DNA of 63,986 bases, the filler included, from Octopus bimaculoides (Eukaryota): the NCBI RefSeq assembly GCF_001194135.2. It is 6 parts of 6 records of this genome, joined end to end, with 100 filler letters (N's around TTAATTAATTAA, not from the genome) between each part and the next. Parts side by side here need not be neighbours in the genome. Positions count along the whole stretch, not along the records: positions 24,780 to 52,186 come from NC_068982.1; 5 more parts are not named here. The stretch is one strand, 5' to 3'. Numbering within the stretch: position 1 is the stretch's first letter; every line of letters begins with the position of its first letter. Shown piece after piece: positions 25,131-37,045 of this stretch. The notes beneath the pieces were generated by a model. The model saw only the letters and a list, made by a program, of their open reading frames with translations. It ran no database searches and was not told where the DNA came from. Position numbers and translations under genes: made by a program.

Positions 25131-26571
25131 GTTAGTCATTTTCGCAATTTATCTAGTACAACCCTTAGACAAGTAAATAGTATTTTCCTAAACAATAGAT
25201 CCACTTATTTTAGATAATGCCTTATTCATGAATATACCAACACTAGCGCCGTTGAGGGTAATATTCTCTAGGAACGCACAAAAGTCCTTTTCAGAGTTAT
25301 TTACTTTGAATTGTTATCTCATATCTGATTAGTCAGTTATTACGTAACATGCTTCACGATTTTAGTATACATACTTTATTAGTATTTCTTCCTACGTTCT
25401 ATTTACTCTGGGAACGCATTAAAGCCCTTTTCGGGGCTACTTTATTTGAATTCTTACTATCGGTAAATAATTTTATATGTATGTGTTGTGTGCATGTGGG
25501 TGTGCACGTGCGTGTGAATGTTCCAAACACAATTTTGCACGCTGGTCTTCCTGACAAAATTTCACAAATATTCCACACCCTAGCGACAATAAGATGTTTA
25601 AACTGCATCATTTTGGCATTTGGTGTTTTGCTGCCTATTGCTGATGATTTGCAATTTTCGATGAAATCACGTAATGCAACAGTGCCATTCGCCGGTGCTG
25701 ACAAAATGTTGTCAACCGATATAATCTGTGCTTTTTAGTACCTAACGCCTGTACTATAGGATTTATCATGACGTCTACCGTACTCTACTGCGTTCAAAGC
25801 AACGCTTCCAACATATATACGTGTATATTTAACACATTCTTTTAAAAGGGAACATGCAACGTATTCTATTCGCTGCCACTTGATTTGATGTGTTTTTGCG
25901 CACTAAGGGAACACAGAGGAAATTTTCTTTGAGGCATTATCTCCCAGCGAATGCTTTTCATGTTGTAGTGTACGCCAGCTCTATATACCTCTTTAGTTTG
26001 ATGCTCGCTACTTCGTGAACTTATACTACGGTGTGTGTGTTGTAACCATGTGGCACACCGCCGTCCCATTCAAGGAAGTGGGGATTATGTGATCCCAGTC
26101 ACATATAGACCTTGAAGACTAGGTAACCATCCTGATGAGTACTAAAGCTTCGAAGAAACAGATATACAATACACTAGATGCTTTCAGGTATATACTAAAG
26201 ATTTCTTGGTAGTCCAACTACAGTACAACCAGGTACCTTAAGTTTTCACCGTTCATTTTATTAACTACTAGCTATTCCATACATATCTATATAATTTTAA
26301 ACAGTTTGATTCAGTTCTGTGCGACTTAAATTTTCGCGGGCCTCTAACAGAAATACGTTTGTTTCGGGCTTAGATGCAGACCTCTAAGAAAAACCCGTTT
26401 CTTTCAGGTCTAGATTACCAAATCGGTATTCTATAGCCTGAAAGAGACGGGCTTCTTTTAGAGGCCCGCGAAAATTTAAGTCGCATGGAGCCAAAACAAA
26501 CTGTTTTAAATAATACATGTAGCTCCCACTAAATGTGTTGAGTACCTTTTCCTTTCGTTTGTTCACTTACG

Positions 26572-26618
<47 letters not shown>

Positions 26619-27127
26619 ACACATGCATTTATATGTATGTATACATGTATGTTTGTGTATGTACATATATGTATACAAACACATGCATATATGNNNNNNN
26701 NNNNNNNNNNNNNNNNNNNNNNNNNNNNNNNNNNNNNNNNNNNNNNNNNNNNNNNNNNNNNNNNNNNNNNNNNNNNNNNNNNNNNNNNNNNNNNNNNNNN
26801 NNNNNNNNNNNNNNNNNNNNNNNNNNNNNNNNNNNNNNNNNNNNNNNNNNNNNNNNNNNNNNNNNNNNNNNNNNNNNNNNNNNNNNNNNNNNNNNNNNNN
26901 NNNNTATATATATATATATATATTAATGATTGCTCTTATGTTAAGTGATATATAAAAGCAGTTTAACATGAAACTGGAGAAGTACGTTTTAGTAGAGTAC
27001 GTATTTATTCGTTTTTACAAGGAAAATGTTGACAGTATTTTCGCCGTTTAGGATGGCGCTCTTTCATCAGACTGTGATGACGTCAACTTCAATGTCACTG
27101 CTAACCACTTCCTTGTAAAAGTTAATA

Positions 27128-27178
<51 letters not shown>

Positions 27179-27360
27179 TATCTATCTATCTATATACACA
27201 CAGAGACACACTCACACACATATAATATGCATGTACACATATACATATATATACACAGACACACACGCGTACTTATACATATATAAATATACACACACAC
27301 ACATAAACACACACGTATATATGTATGTATATGTGTTTACCCAATCTAGTCTTTTCTGTT

Positions 27361-27400
27361 TATTCTGATGAAGGAGTAACGTCCGAAAGGTTAAAACTCT
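27361..27400 (+). ncRNA. Minimal Penelope-type hammerhead variant (probably mutated)
   Basis: CTGATGA-A-GGA-GTAACG-TCC-GAAA-GGTT-AAA. Stem II is paired; stem III is one change away from the self-complementary AACGTT. Confidence 0.5.
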
Positions 27401-27652
27401 TTCCTTTCTTTCAAGCATTAATCTAATACAGGTAATCGTTAAACCTTATCCCTCCTGTGCTGCCTTTTTCTATTATTGTTCATTGCATTTACAATATACC
27501 TATACATATATGTATACATGCATATATACATATATACATGCACACATATATACATACGTACATTTATTCCCAAACACGCATACACGCATGCACACACGCA
27601 CACACACATACATGTATATATATATATACACATACATATACATACATACATA

Positions 27653-27698
<46 letters not shown>

Positions 27699-28377
27699 NN
27701 NNNNNNNNNNNNNNNNNNNNNNNNNNNNNNNNNNNNNNNNNNNNNNNNNNNNNNNNNNNNNNNNNNNNNNNNNNNNNNNNNNNNNNNNNNNNNNNNNNNN
27801 NNNNNNNNNNNNNNNNNNNNNNNNNNNNNNNNNNNNNNNNNNNNNNNNNNNNNNNNNNNNNNNNNNNNNNNNNNNNNNNNNNNNNNNNNNNNNNNNNNNN
27901 NNNNNNNNNNNNNNNNNNNNNNNNNNNNNNNNNNNNNNNNNNNNNNNNNNNNNNNNNNNNNNNNNNNNNNNNNNNNNNNNNNNNNNNNNNNNNNNNNNNN
28001 NNNNNNNNNNNNNNNNNNNNNNNNNNNNNNNNNNNNNNNNNNNNNNNNNNNNNNNNNNNNNNNNNNNNNNNNNNNNNNNNNNNNNNNNNNNNNNNNNNNN
28101 NNNNNNNNNNNNNNNNNNNNNNNNNNNNNNNNNNNNNNNNNNNNNNNNNNNNNNNNNNNNNNNNNNNNNNNNNNNNNNNNNNNNNNNNNNNNNNNNNNNN
28201 NNNNNNNNNNNNNNNNNNNNNNNNNNNNNNNNNNNNNNNNNNNNNNNNNNNNNNNNNNNNNNNNNNNNNNNNNNNNNNNNNNNNNNNNNNNNNNNNNNNN
28301 NNNNNNNNNAAAAAAAAAAAAAAAAAAAATAACTGAGAGTTTCGTACAACAGTACAAATATTATTATAAGATTTAAA

Positions 28378-28590
28378 AGGTGAAGAGCTGGTAGAAACGT
28401 TAGAACGTCGGGCTAAATTCTTAGCGGTATTTCGTCTACCTTTATGATCTGAGTTCAAATTTTTCCGAGGTCGACTTAACTTTTCATCCTTTCGGGGTCG
28501 ATAAATTAAATGCCAGTTGCGTACTGCGGGTGGTCTAATCGACTGGCCCCCTCCCCAAAAATTTCGGGCTTTGTGTCTAGAATAGGAAAT
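28378..28590 (+). mobile_element. SINE family A
   Basis: Matches the family head, central domain and tail. Confidence 0.88.
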
Positions 28591-28922
28591 ATTATTATAA
28601 GATTTGAACCTGATGACTGTCATTTTTTCTCGTGCAGTGACTTATATTTCACATCATTTTCGTTCAACATATTTGCGACAACTCTGCTCTGTTTACTCAT
28701 TAAATTCATTTATTCCACATAATGACTTTCAGTAACTTCTATTTTGTTTTTCGCACTGTAGAGTCTTTATACAAATTGTGCTGTTTACTTTGATTCAAGG
28801 TCATATGGCAAGCAATATCTTTGACTTTATCTTTTGTGTCTGTCATTGGACTGAGACCACGTTGGAGCACTATCCTAGGAGGGTCTAGCTGGACAAATCC
28901 CTACCCTAGTTTAACATGCTTT

Positions 28923-29498
28923 GGATCTTTTTTAAAACGGGGGCCACATTTTTCATTAACGAAACACTTTGAAACTTGGAACACTGGTAGAATGTGTCAT
29001 ATAAAACATCTTTTTCTCTTAGTCTTCTTAAAAAAAAAAAGAAAACCATAACTTATTCCATGTTAAAGTTGTCGTATTTCTGTAATTTCAACCAATCACT
29101 GACGTCCATTCAGCCGATATACATTAAGTGCCGACTACATAAACAAACAATTCTGAAACAATTAACCCTAACCCTAACCCTAACCCTAGGGTTAGGGTTA
29201 GGGTTAGGGTTAAAGCAAATTTAAAATGAAAAAAGCAAATAAAACGTAGGTATGGAGATTAAATACGCTTTACATCGCGTATTTAAGGAGTAAATGTAAA
29301 CAACTGAATACTTGTCAGTGATTGGTTGAAATTATCGAAATAAGACAATTTTTTACATGAAATAAATTCGAATACAAAAATATTTTTCTGTTCTATAACA
29401 CAAAATAGATGAGTATACGAAGTTTGAAAGTCTTTCGGTACCAAAAACACTACGTAAAACATTAATGAAAAATGTGGCCCCCGTTTTAAAATAGATCC
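28923..29498. mobile_element. MITE, 576 bp, GG termini, 8-bp TSD, central telomeric palindrome
   Basis: About 37-bp TIR GGATCT(T/A)TTTTAAAACGGGGGCCACATTTTTCATTAA; perfect TSD CATGCTTT at 28915-28922 and 29499-29506. Confidence 0.93.
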
Positions 29499-29529
29499 CA
29501 TGCTTTTTTAAAGTTTGGTTCTTATTCTA

Positions 29530-29596
29530 TTAGTGTCTTTTGCCGAACGGATAAGTGCGGGGACATAAACACCAGTTGTCAAGCGGTGGTGAGGTC

Positions 29597-29639
<43 letters not shown>

Positions 29640-29790
29640 GAGCTTCCATACAGTTTCCGTCTGCCAAATTCATTCACAAGACATTGGTCGGCCGGGTGCT
29701 ATACTTGAAGACACTTGCACAAGATGTTGCATAGTGGGACTGAACCCGAAATCACGTGGTTGCAAAGTAAGCTTCTTAACGACACAGCAA
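29530..29790 (-). mobile_element. SINE family B
   Basis: Family B motifs with an internal (CA)n. Confidence 0.85.
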
Positions 29791-30281
29791 TGCTTGCGTT
29801 TATACTCAATATTTTACATTTATAATACGTTGATTTGTAATTTAGTCTTTCAGCTATGGCTGTTTTCATTGCAGCTTACGTAGTTTATGATTTAATATTC
29901 TAAATTTTATTATCTCGAAGCAATTTCTTTCACAACCATCGCAGGTTCATGAGATGGTTGTGATATATAAAGAGTTTTGCATAGGAAACAGAAAGAGAAA
30001 ATGAACACTCAATGCGCATGTGCACACTGAATTCATAAAACGGAAGAGAATAAAAACGCAAAGCGCATTTCAAACTAAAAGGGGAGAATAAAACAAATTA
30101 TATGATGGTCTGCATGCTACGTCTGACACCACTATCACGCAGCTTTGCTGCAATTTTCTTGTTTCTGATCGTTTTTCATTTGGTTCTTTCGTGTATATGA
30201 ATGGATGTATGCATGCATACATGTATGTATGCTTCTTTCTTTTCATATTACCCAAATTCTTCTTACGTATATCTACAGATG

Positions 30282-30905
30282 AAAGGCGGTGAGCTGGCAG
30301 AATCGCTAGCATGTCGGACAAAATGTTCAACGGCATTTCTTCCAGCTCTTTACATTCTGAATTCAAATTCCACCGAGGTCAACTCTGCCTTTCATCCCTT
30401 CGCGGTCGATAAACTAAAGTACGGGTCAAGTACTGGTGAGCCACCTGAACTTCTTCGATACCAGGACGCTTCGCAGGATTATGGGTTGCCGTTGGTTGGA
30501 TATGAAATCCAACCAACACCTCAAATCAGAAACTAGGATGCGTCCTGTTACTTGTATAATTCGGGAGCGCCAACTCAGACTTTTTGGTCATGTTGCTCGA
30601 TTTTCCGAGTTAGACCCTGCTTACCGTGTTCTCTTGACTGAGGATGTGGCCGGGTTGACGGTTTGTGTTGGTTGACCACATGTCACATGGTCACGGTAGG
30701 TGAGGAGGTGTCTCACGGAGACAGTGACTAACTGGAACTCTATCCGACGGGTCACTCGGGAGGACCCCGGAATATACCGACAAATGATGAGTGTAGCCAC
30801 GCGCTGTAATAGTGCATGTCCCCACAGCTGACCTGGTCTAACCAAGTACTGGGGTTTCGATGTAAACTTATTTCCCCGCTCAAAATTTCTGGTCTAGAAC
30901 CCTGC
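30282..30905 (+). mobile_element. SINE family A split by an RTE insertion
   Basis: Head and central domain at 30282-30436; the tail resumes at 30843. Confidence 0.88.
30437..30842 (+). mobile_element. 5'-truncated RTE LINE, 406 bp, with TSD
   Basis: SHLNFFDTRTLRRIMGCRWLDMKSNQHLKSETRMRPVTCIIRERQLRLFGHVARF..G*PHVTWSR*VRR..VATRCNSACPHS*, a CTGAC/CTAAC-like tail, and TSD CAAGTACTGG at 30427-30436 and 30843-30852. Confidence 0.93.
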
Positions 30906-30985
30906 AACGGACCGGCGTTCCGTTCAGGGGAATTGTGTGGTCTCGGCACAGAAACTCAGTAACAGGCTTATGAGTCCTAGAGTTG
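30897..30985 (+). mobile_element. V-SINE-domain-like fragment
   Basis: AACCCTGCAACGGACCGGCGTTCCGTTCAGGGG resembles the V-SINE central domain (from recall). A related minus-strand copy with tRNA head lies at about 45950-46125. Confidence 0.5.
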
Positions 30986-32439
30986 AAGATAAATATCTAT
31001 AGACGATATAAAAACGAACAAAGCAAAACAAAAAAGCTATATTGAATACCTAACTTTTATTAGATTTGAACCTTTATCCAATGGTTTATAGTGAAGATTA
31101 ACATATGATGGGAGAATAAATCCTTTTCATTAATGCAATACAAATTACTAAACTTTAACTGGATTTAAACAAAAGCGAGAAAAGGAAAATTGAACAATTC
31201 TAACTGGATGGAAAATAGTGTCACGTGAATAATACAAAAAATAAAATTGTATTAAAGAAACTATATTGAAGAAACAGACGATAATAAAAGAGGAAAGAAA
31301 GGGAAAGAAAAGAAGTGATAAATAGGGAGGGAGAAAAAGGAAGAAAAAAAACAAAGTATTTTTTTTAAATCTAGAAAAAGAAAGCGGAGAAGGATGATAA
31401 AAAGGATGGGATGCAAGAAGAAGAAAAGGAAGACGTGTCTGTCTGTTGCTACTCTAGAGACTTCAAATCCATTGTTTACCCTTAAGGTCGGCCGGCCGGG
31501 TCGGTCGGTCGGTCGGTCGGACAGTTTGTAACAACAACAAAAACACTTCCTGCTTCTTCTACTACTCACTCTCTCTCTCTAACCAGCCTCGGACATACAC
31601 ACCAGCGCGCGCTAACAGACACACTCAGAAATATATAGACGCACACAAGCATACTCACTCTCACAGACAGAACAATTACGTTGCACGGATACAATTTTTA
31701 TAGCTGATTTTTTATGTATTTTCTTTTTATTGTTCGCCAGACGAATTTGATGCGGTGGCGTCGACGAGGCAACGCCAACGCCAACAACAACAACAACAAC
31801 AGCAATAACAACTGTTACTACTAGCTTCTACATGGTCGCTCTACGAGTTGGAAGTTGCCAAATCTTTAAAATTACACCTCACCGTCTTATTACATAATGT
31901 AATCCCAAATACACTTACCTCCTTGCCTCACGACTCCCTCCCCTAAAACACAGGACGGTCAGGTTATACTTGATCTGGGGTTAATCAACATCAACAATAC
32001 TTTTATATAAGTCAACGAGGAAGCCACAGCGTGGTCTGTCAAGCTATTAGAAACACCAGCCAAATCTCCTCTCAAATCATATTCTGCCATGTTTAAAACG
32101 AGGGCAGAGCACATTGAATAGCTTTGCGTTGTCCTAGATAAACTGTCTGGAAATTGCAAGCGGTGATCACGAGTGGAACGCTTGTGATGAAGGCTGACCT
32201 AGACTTAAATAATAGCAGCAGTAATACAATTGCACTCTTTACTAACTCTGAGACACAGCAAGAGGAAAGGAGGGAAAGGAGCAGTCATCTCCACCCCGAC
32301 TCCACATCGGGCACAGGTTTCATAAGGGGGCTCGAAATTTCTGGCCTGCCATGTTAATCAAGGTAGGGGCGCTAAAAGACTCTTTGTCCCCGGGCAAGCA
32401 AGCTTTTGGCGCCCCTACTGTAATTGATTGACTAAAATT

Positions 32440-32860
32440 AATATACTACTACCACTACTACCCTACTACTACTACTACTACTACTATTAGCATCTTAATC
32501 AGCACAACTATCAAGACCAGCACCATCGTCCACCACGATCACCACCATATTCATCACTGTTTCCAGCAACACCATTATCACCACCACCATCATCATCATC
32601 ATCATCATAACTGTTACCACCATCACGCCATCTCATCACCGCTATAATCACCACCACTACCACCATCACATCACCACTAACACCACCACAACTGCCACTA
32701 TCACCATCACTAAACACCATTACAATACCCACTACCCCCAACACAATTACCACGACACGCAACCGTCCCCTTTCACCACCACCACCACTATATCGCAACG
32801 TCCACCTTCATCGCCAGCGCCACCAGCGCCGTCGTTCGTGTTACTACTACTACTACCACC
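32440..32860 (+). repeat. Degenerate (CTA)/(CAC)/(CAT) trinucleotide tract
   Basis: Directly visible. Confidence 0.85.
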
Positions 32861-33281
32861 ATTATGTCGATAATATTTTACCAAATGACCAACCAGTTCG
32901 AAAGCCAACTGAACGGCCTAACACTACATGGCAGCAGCTCTTGTTTCTTTTTTAGGATAAAACGTTGAGAGAACGCCAGACNNNNNNNNNNNNNNNNNNN
33001 NNNNNNNNNNNNNNNNNNNNNNNNNNNNNNNNNNNNNNNNNNNNNNNNNNNNNNNNNNNNNNNNNNNNNNNNNNNNNNNNNNNNNNNNNNNNNNNNNNNN
33101 NNNNNNNNNNNNNNNNNNNNNNNNNNNNNNNNNNNNNNNNNNNNNNNNNNNNNNNNNNNNNNNNNNNNNNNNNNNNNNNNNNNNNNNNNNNNNNNNNNNN
33201 NNNNNNNNNNNNNNNNNNNNNNNNNNNNNNNNNNNNNNNNNNNNNNNNNNNNNNNNNNNNNNNNNNNNNNNNNNNNNNNNN

Positions 33282-33538
33282 GACCAAAGCCTTGTGAGTG
33301 GATTTGGTAGACGGAAACTGAAAGAAGCCCGTCGTATATATGTATGTATATGTATATATGTTTGTGTGTCAGTGTTTGTCCACCCACCATCGCTTGACAA
33401 CCGTTGCTGGTGTGTTTACGTCCCCGTAACTTAGCGGTTCGGCAAAAAGAGACCGACAGAATAAGTACTATTTTCTCGACTAAAGGCGGTGCTCCAGCAT
33501 GGCCGCAGTCAAAAATGACTGAAACAAGTAAAGAGTAA
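33282..33538 (+). mobile_element. SINE family B, 3' portion
   Basis: Family B core, internal microsatellite and tail ..GACTGAAACAAGTAAAGAGTAA. Confidence 0.9.
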
Positions 33539-33559
33539 TCTGTAGTTATCTTCTTTATT

Positions 33560-33926
33560 TTTTGTTACTCATTTGTCATTAGACTGCGGCCATGCTGGTG
33601 CACTGCCTTGAAGAAATTTTAGTCGAATGAATCAACATCCAGTACTTTTTTCTTTTAAAGCCTACTACTTAATCTGCCCTTTTGCCGAACCGCGAGTTAC
33701 AGGGACGTAAACATACCAAAACTGGTTGTCAAGCGGTGGTAGGAGACAAACACACACACACACACATATATACGTTGAGTTTCAGTTTCCGTCTACCAAA
33801 TCCACTTACAAGGCTTTGGGTGGGCTGAGGCTATAGTAGAAGACACTTGCCCAAGTTATCACGCAGTAGGAGTGAACCTGAAACCATGTGGTTCAGAAGC
33901 AAGCTTTTTACCACATAGCCACGCCT
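33560..33926 (-). mobile_element. SINE family B, full length
   Basis: Reverse-complement copy including the tRNA head. Confidence 0.88.
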
Positions 33927-34269
33927 AGATAAAAATGTTACTATGATGTACTCTTCCAAGTGTTAACTAAGTTAAACAAAAGCAAACACATAAAATATAA
34001 CTAAAAAAAAACTAAAATATAGGAGAGAGTAGAGTGTGATCTAAGTAGTTATGTACAGTTGCAAGTAGATTAATAACATTATAATGGACTCCTCCATGTG
34101 TGAAATATGTTTGAACAAAACAACAGACTGTAAGACTTGGCACTAGGCCAATTTTATAGACTCGATGAGTATTAATCGATTGAAATTCAGGACGACACCC
34201 ACCACAACCACCACCATCATCATCGTCGCCGCCACAACCACCACCACTACCTTCCAAGAGACTGCTTTG

Positions 34270-34859
34270 CCCGAAATGTTGTTGTTGGCACTCCGTCGCT
34301 TACGACGTCGAGGGTTCCAGTTGATCAACGGAACAGGCTGCTCATGAAATTAACGTGCAAGTGGCTGAGCACTCCACAGACACGTGTACGCTTAACGTAG
34401 TTCTCGGGGATATTCAGCGTGACACAGTGTGACAAGGCTGACCCTTTGAATTACCGGTACAACAGAAACAGGAAGTAAGAGTGAGAGAAAGTTGTAGTGA
34501 AAGAGTACAGCAGGGTTCGCCACCATCCCCTGCCGGAGCCTCGTGGAGCTTTAGGTGTTTTGGCNNNNNNNNNNTCCACAGACACGTGTACGCTTAACGT
34601 AGTTCTCGGGGATATTCAGCGTGACACAGTGTGACAAGGCTGACCCTTTGAATTACCGGTACAACAGAAACAGGAAGTAAGAGTGAGAGAAAGTTGTAGT
34701 GAAAGAGTACAGCAGGGTTCGCCACCATCCCCTGCCGGAGCCTCGTGGAGCTTTAGGTGTTTTGGCTCAATAAACACTCACAACGCCCGGTCTGGGAATC
34801 GAAACCGCGATCCTATGACCGCGAGTCCGCTGCCCTAACCACTGGGCCATTGCGCCTCC
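34270..34859 (-). mobile_element. SINE family C, full length (contains an artefactual 192-bp duplication)
   Basis: Head GGAGGCGCAATGGCCCAGTGGTTAGGGCAGCGGACTCGCGG..GGTTTCGATTCCC (tRNA-Arg-like) and a CAA tail. Confidence 0.9.
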
Positions 34860-35353
34860 ACTTTGCCCGTAATACTCAACAAAGTCGACATATCCAGTGT
34901 AGTCTCAACGATCTAAAGGTTTTAAAGGATTCGTTACTGGCTGCATTGAGAGATGAAGGAGTTAATGACGAAACCAGGGGCCAGCAAAGTGTCCAGTAAT
35001 AACCTCTGGGAAGGGATCTCTATGTGGCTATCAAAGGGGTTGATATTCGGATATCAATATAATTTAGCTGCATTTTTATTGTTCATTATCAATTTCGCTA
35101 AGTATTTTAATTAAATTTCTTCAAATATTTCTTATTAGAAAGAATGAAAGAATTAGTTTTTTTAAATCAAGATATTTTTTTATTATAATTTTATTTTAGA
35201 GCTCCGCTATATGCAACAGAAGCGGTGTTAGATTAAAACAGACATCTGTGTATCATACTTAATGCAAATACATTAGGAAAGGCAAATTATCTGCAGTATT
35301 CGTCCGGAGGTAATAGCTTTTATGGACCTACTCTGTTTCAAGACACAAAACTA

Positions 35354-35633
35354 CATCAGTAGCAGACGAGAATTGCCGAACAGCGGCGGTAGGAACGTTA
35401 GATACCCACTTTCACCTCGTTGGGCTTTGTCGTTAGCATGCATTCATTGACGACTGCATGCTAAGACAAAACCCGTCGCTATTGAGATAATAAACCAGGG
35501 GTTGCAAATTTGCTGACGTTGTAGGCATGCAGTTGTCAGTAAGTACATGCTACTGACAAAGCACTAGAGGACAGATATGTGCATCTAGCATTCTCACTTG
35601 CCGATTCTGAACGACTTTCGTCTGCTACTGATG
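35354..35633. mobile_element. Foldback MITE, 280 bp, TA TSD (Tc1/mariner-type target)
   Basis: Perfect 16-bp TIR CATCAGTAGCAGACGA flanked by TA at 35352-35353 and 35634-35635; the internal arms are also inverted copies. Confidence 0.85.
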
Positions 35634-35934
35634 TAAATTTGTCGACTCCTACTCTATACCGTTATTCTGCCTGTTAGAAATAGTAACTAAATACCCCTCA
35701 CATCACATTCTACAACTATAGTGTTGAATAGCTCTCTACGTGGTAGCAGCACTCACTGATATACCTCTGTTGCCCATCGCTATACTTCGGCTACGGTTAA
35801 TATACAGTCAGGTCCGGTACTACGAAGTGCGGGGCTCAATTAGAGAATTGTCAGTGGGGCTCTCTACTCTACAAAAGCTGAAGATTGATGTTTTATTCTT
35901 CGTGTAGTGCACCAGTCCCAGCCAAAAGGCTTAA

Positions 35935-36005
35935 GACTTGGGTTGACCAAAGCCTTGTGAGTGGATTTGGTAGACGGAAAATGAAAGAAGCCCGTCGTAT
36001 ATATG

Positions 36006-36083
<78 letters not shown>

Positions 36084-36280
36084 TACCCCTAGTATTGCTT
36101 GACAACCGATGCTGGTGTGTTTATGTCCCCATCACTTAGCGGTTCGGCAAAAAGACCGAGAGAATAAGTACAAGGCTTACAAAGAATAAGTCCTGGGGTC
36201 GATTTGCTCGACTAAAGGCGGTGCTCCAGCATGGCCGCAGTCAATTGACTGAAACAAGTAAAAGAGTAAAAGAGTATATA
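35935..36280 (+). mobile_element. SINE family B with expanded internal (TA)(TG)n
   Basis: Near-consensus core and tail. Confidence 0.9.
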
Positions 36281-36864
36281 TATATATATCGAGACAGGAA
36301 GAGAGAGTGAAAGAGGGGTGGAGAGAGAGACACAAACACAGAGAAAGAGAAAGCGATCTTTTGTTCTCCCAGTTTTTTCTTCTATTATTCAACTGACAAT
36401 TGTTCGACAACTGAAGACAAGACTCGTTGAACAACAATCAAACAAGCACGTTTGTTCTTGATACATGGCGTGCTTACGTACAAACATGGATACAACACAA
36501 ACACAACAGCCTCACCACCACTATCAGCAACAACAACAGCGACTACCACGACTACGACTGTGAAAACGATTTCTTTCGTGAATACAAGGCCAACTTGTGG
36601 CGGAATACACTACAATGTGAGTCGATACAATTATTCTCGGTGCATTTATCATTTATCTTTTACTTGTTTCAGTCTTTTGACCGCAACCATACTGGGACAC
36701 CGCCCTGGAGAATAATCATACACCTCTTTGATCTTACTGTCCTCGGTAGGATCAAAGACAAAGTTGATCTCGATAGAATTTGAACTCAGGCCTTAAAGTG
36801 CAGGAACTTATGCAATGAATTTTGTCCGACGCTCTACCGATTCCTCTACTCACCCCTATTATTA

Positions 36865-37045
36865 TAATATTGGTTTCGAATTTTGGCACAAGGCCAGTAA
36901 TTTTGGGGGAAGGAGTAAATTGATTACATCGACCCCAGTGTTCAACTGGTACTTCTTTTATCGACCACAAGAGGATGAAAGGCAAAGTCGACCCCGACGG
37001 AATTTGAACTCAAAACGAAAACGGACGAAATGCCGATAAGCATTA
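36865..37045 (-). mobile_element. SINE family A (a second partial copy lies at about 36770-36845)
   Basis: Reverse complement of the family A body. Confidence 0.85.

Noticed and set aside
26125-26165. Hammerhead at CTGATGAGTACTAAAGCTTCGAAGAAAC
   Set aside because: Stem II does not pair and stems I/III are not evident; at most a decayed relic.
16444-28623. Long ORFs of 200-394 aa in the ORF track
   Set aside because: They consist mostly of X from N-gaps plus microsatellite translations (YIYI, HTHT, CVCV).
29162-29213. Ancient telomere-telomere chromosome fusion site
   Set aside because: End-to-end fusion gives (TTAGGG)n(CCCTAA)n. This is the opposite arrangement, and it lies inside a TSD-bounded MITE.
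34373-34766. Perfect 192-bp tandem duplication inside a SINE
   Set aside because: The copies are identical and separated by a 10-N gap, so this is an unmerged contig overlap. The same pattern occurs at 39312-39509 (94 bp) and 62354-62431 (34 bp).
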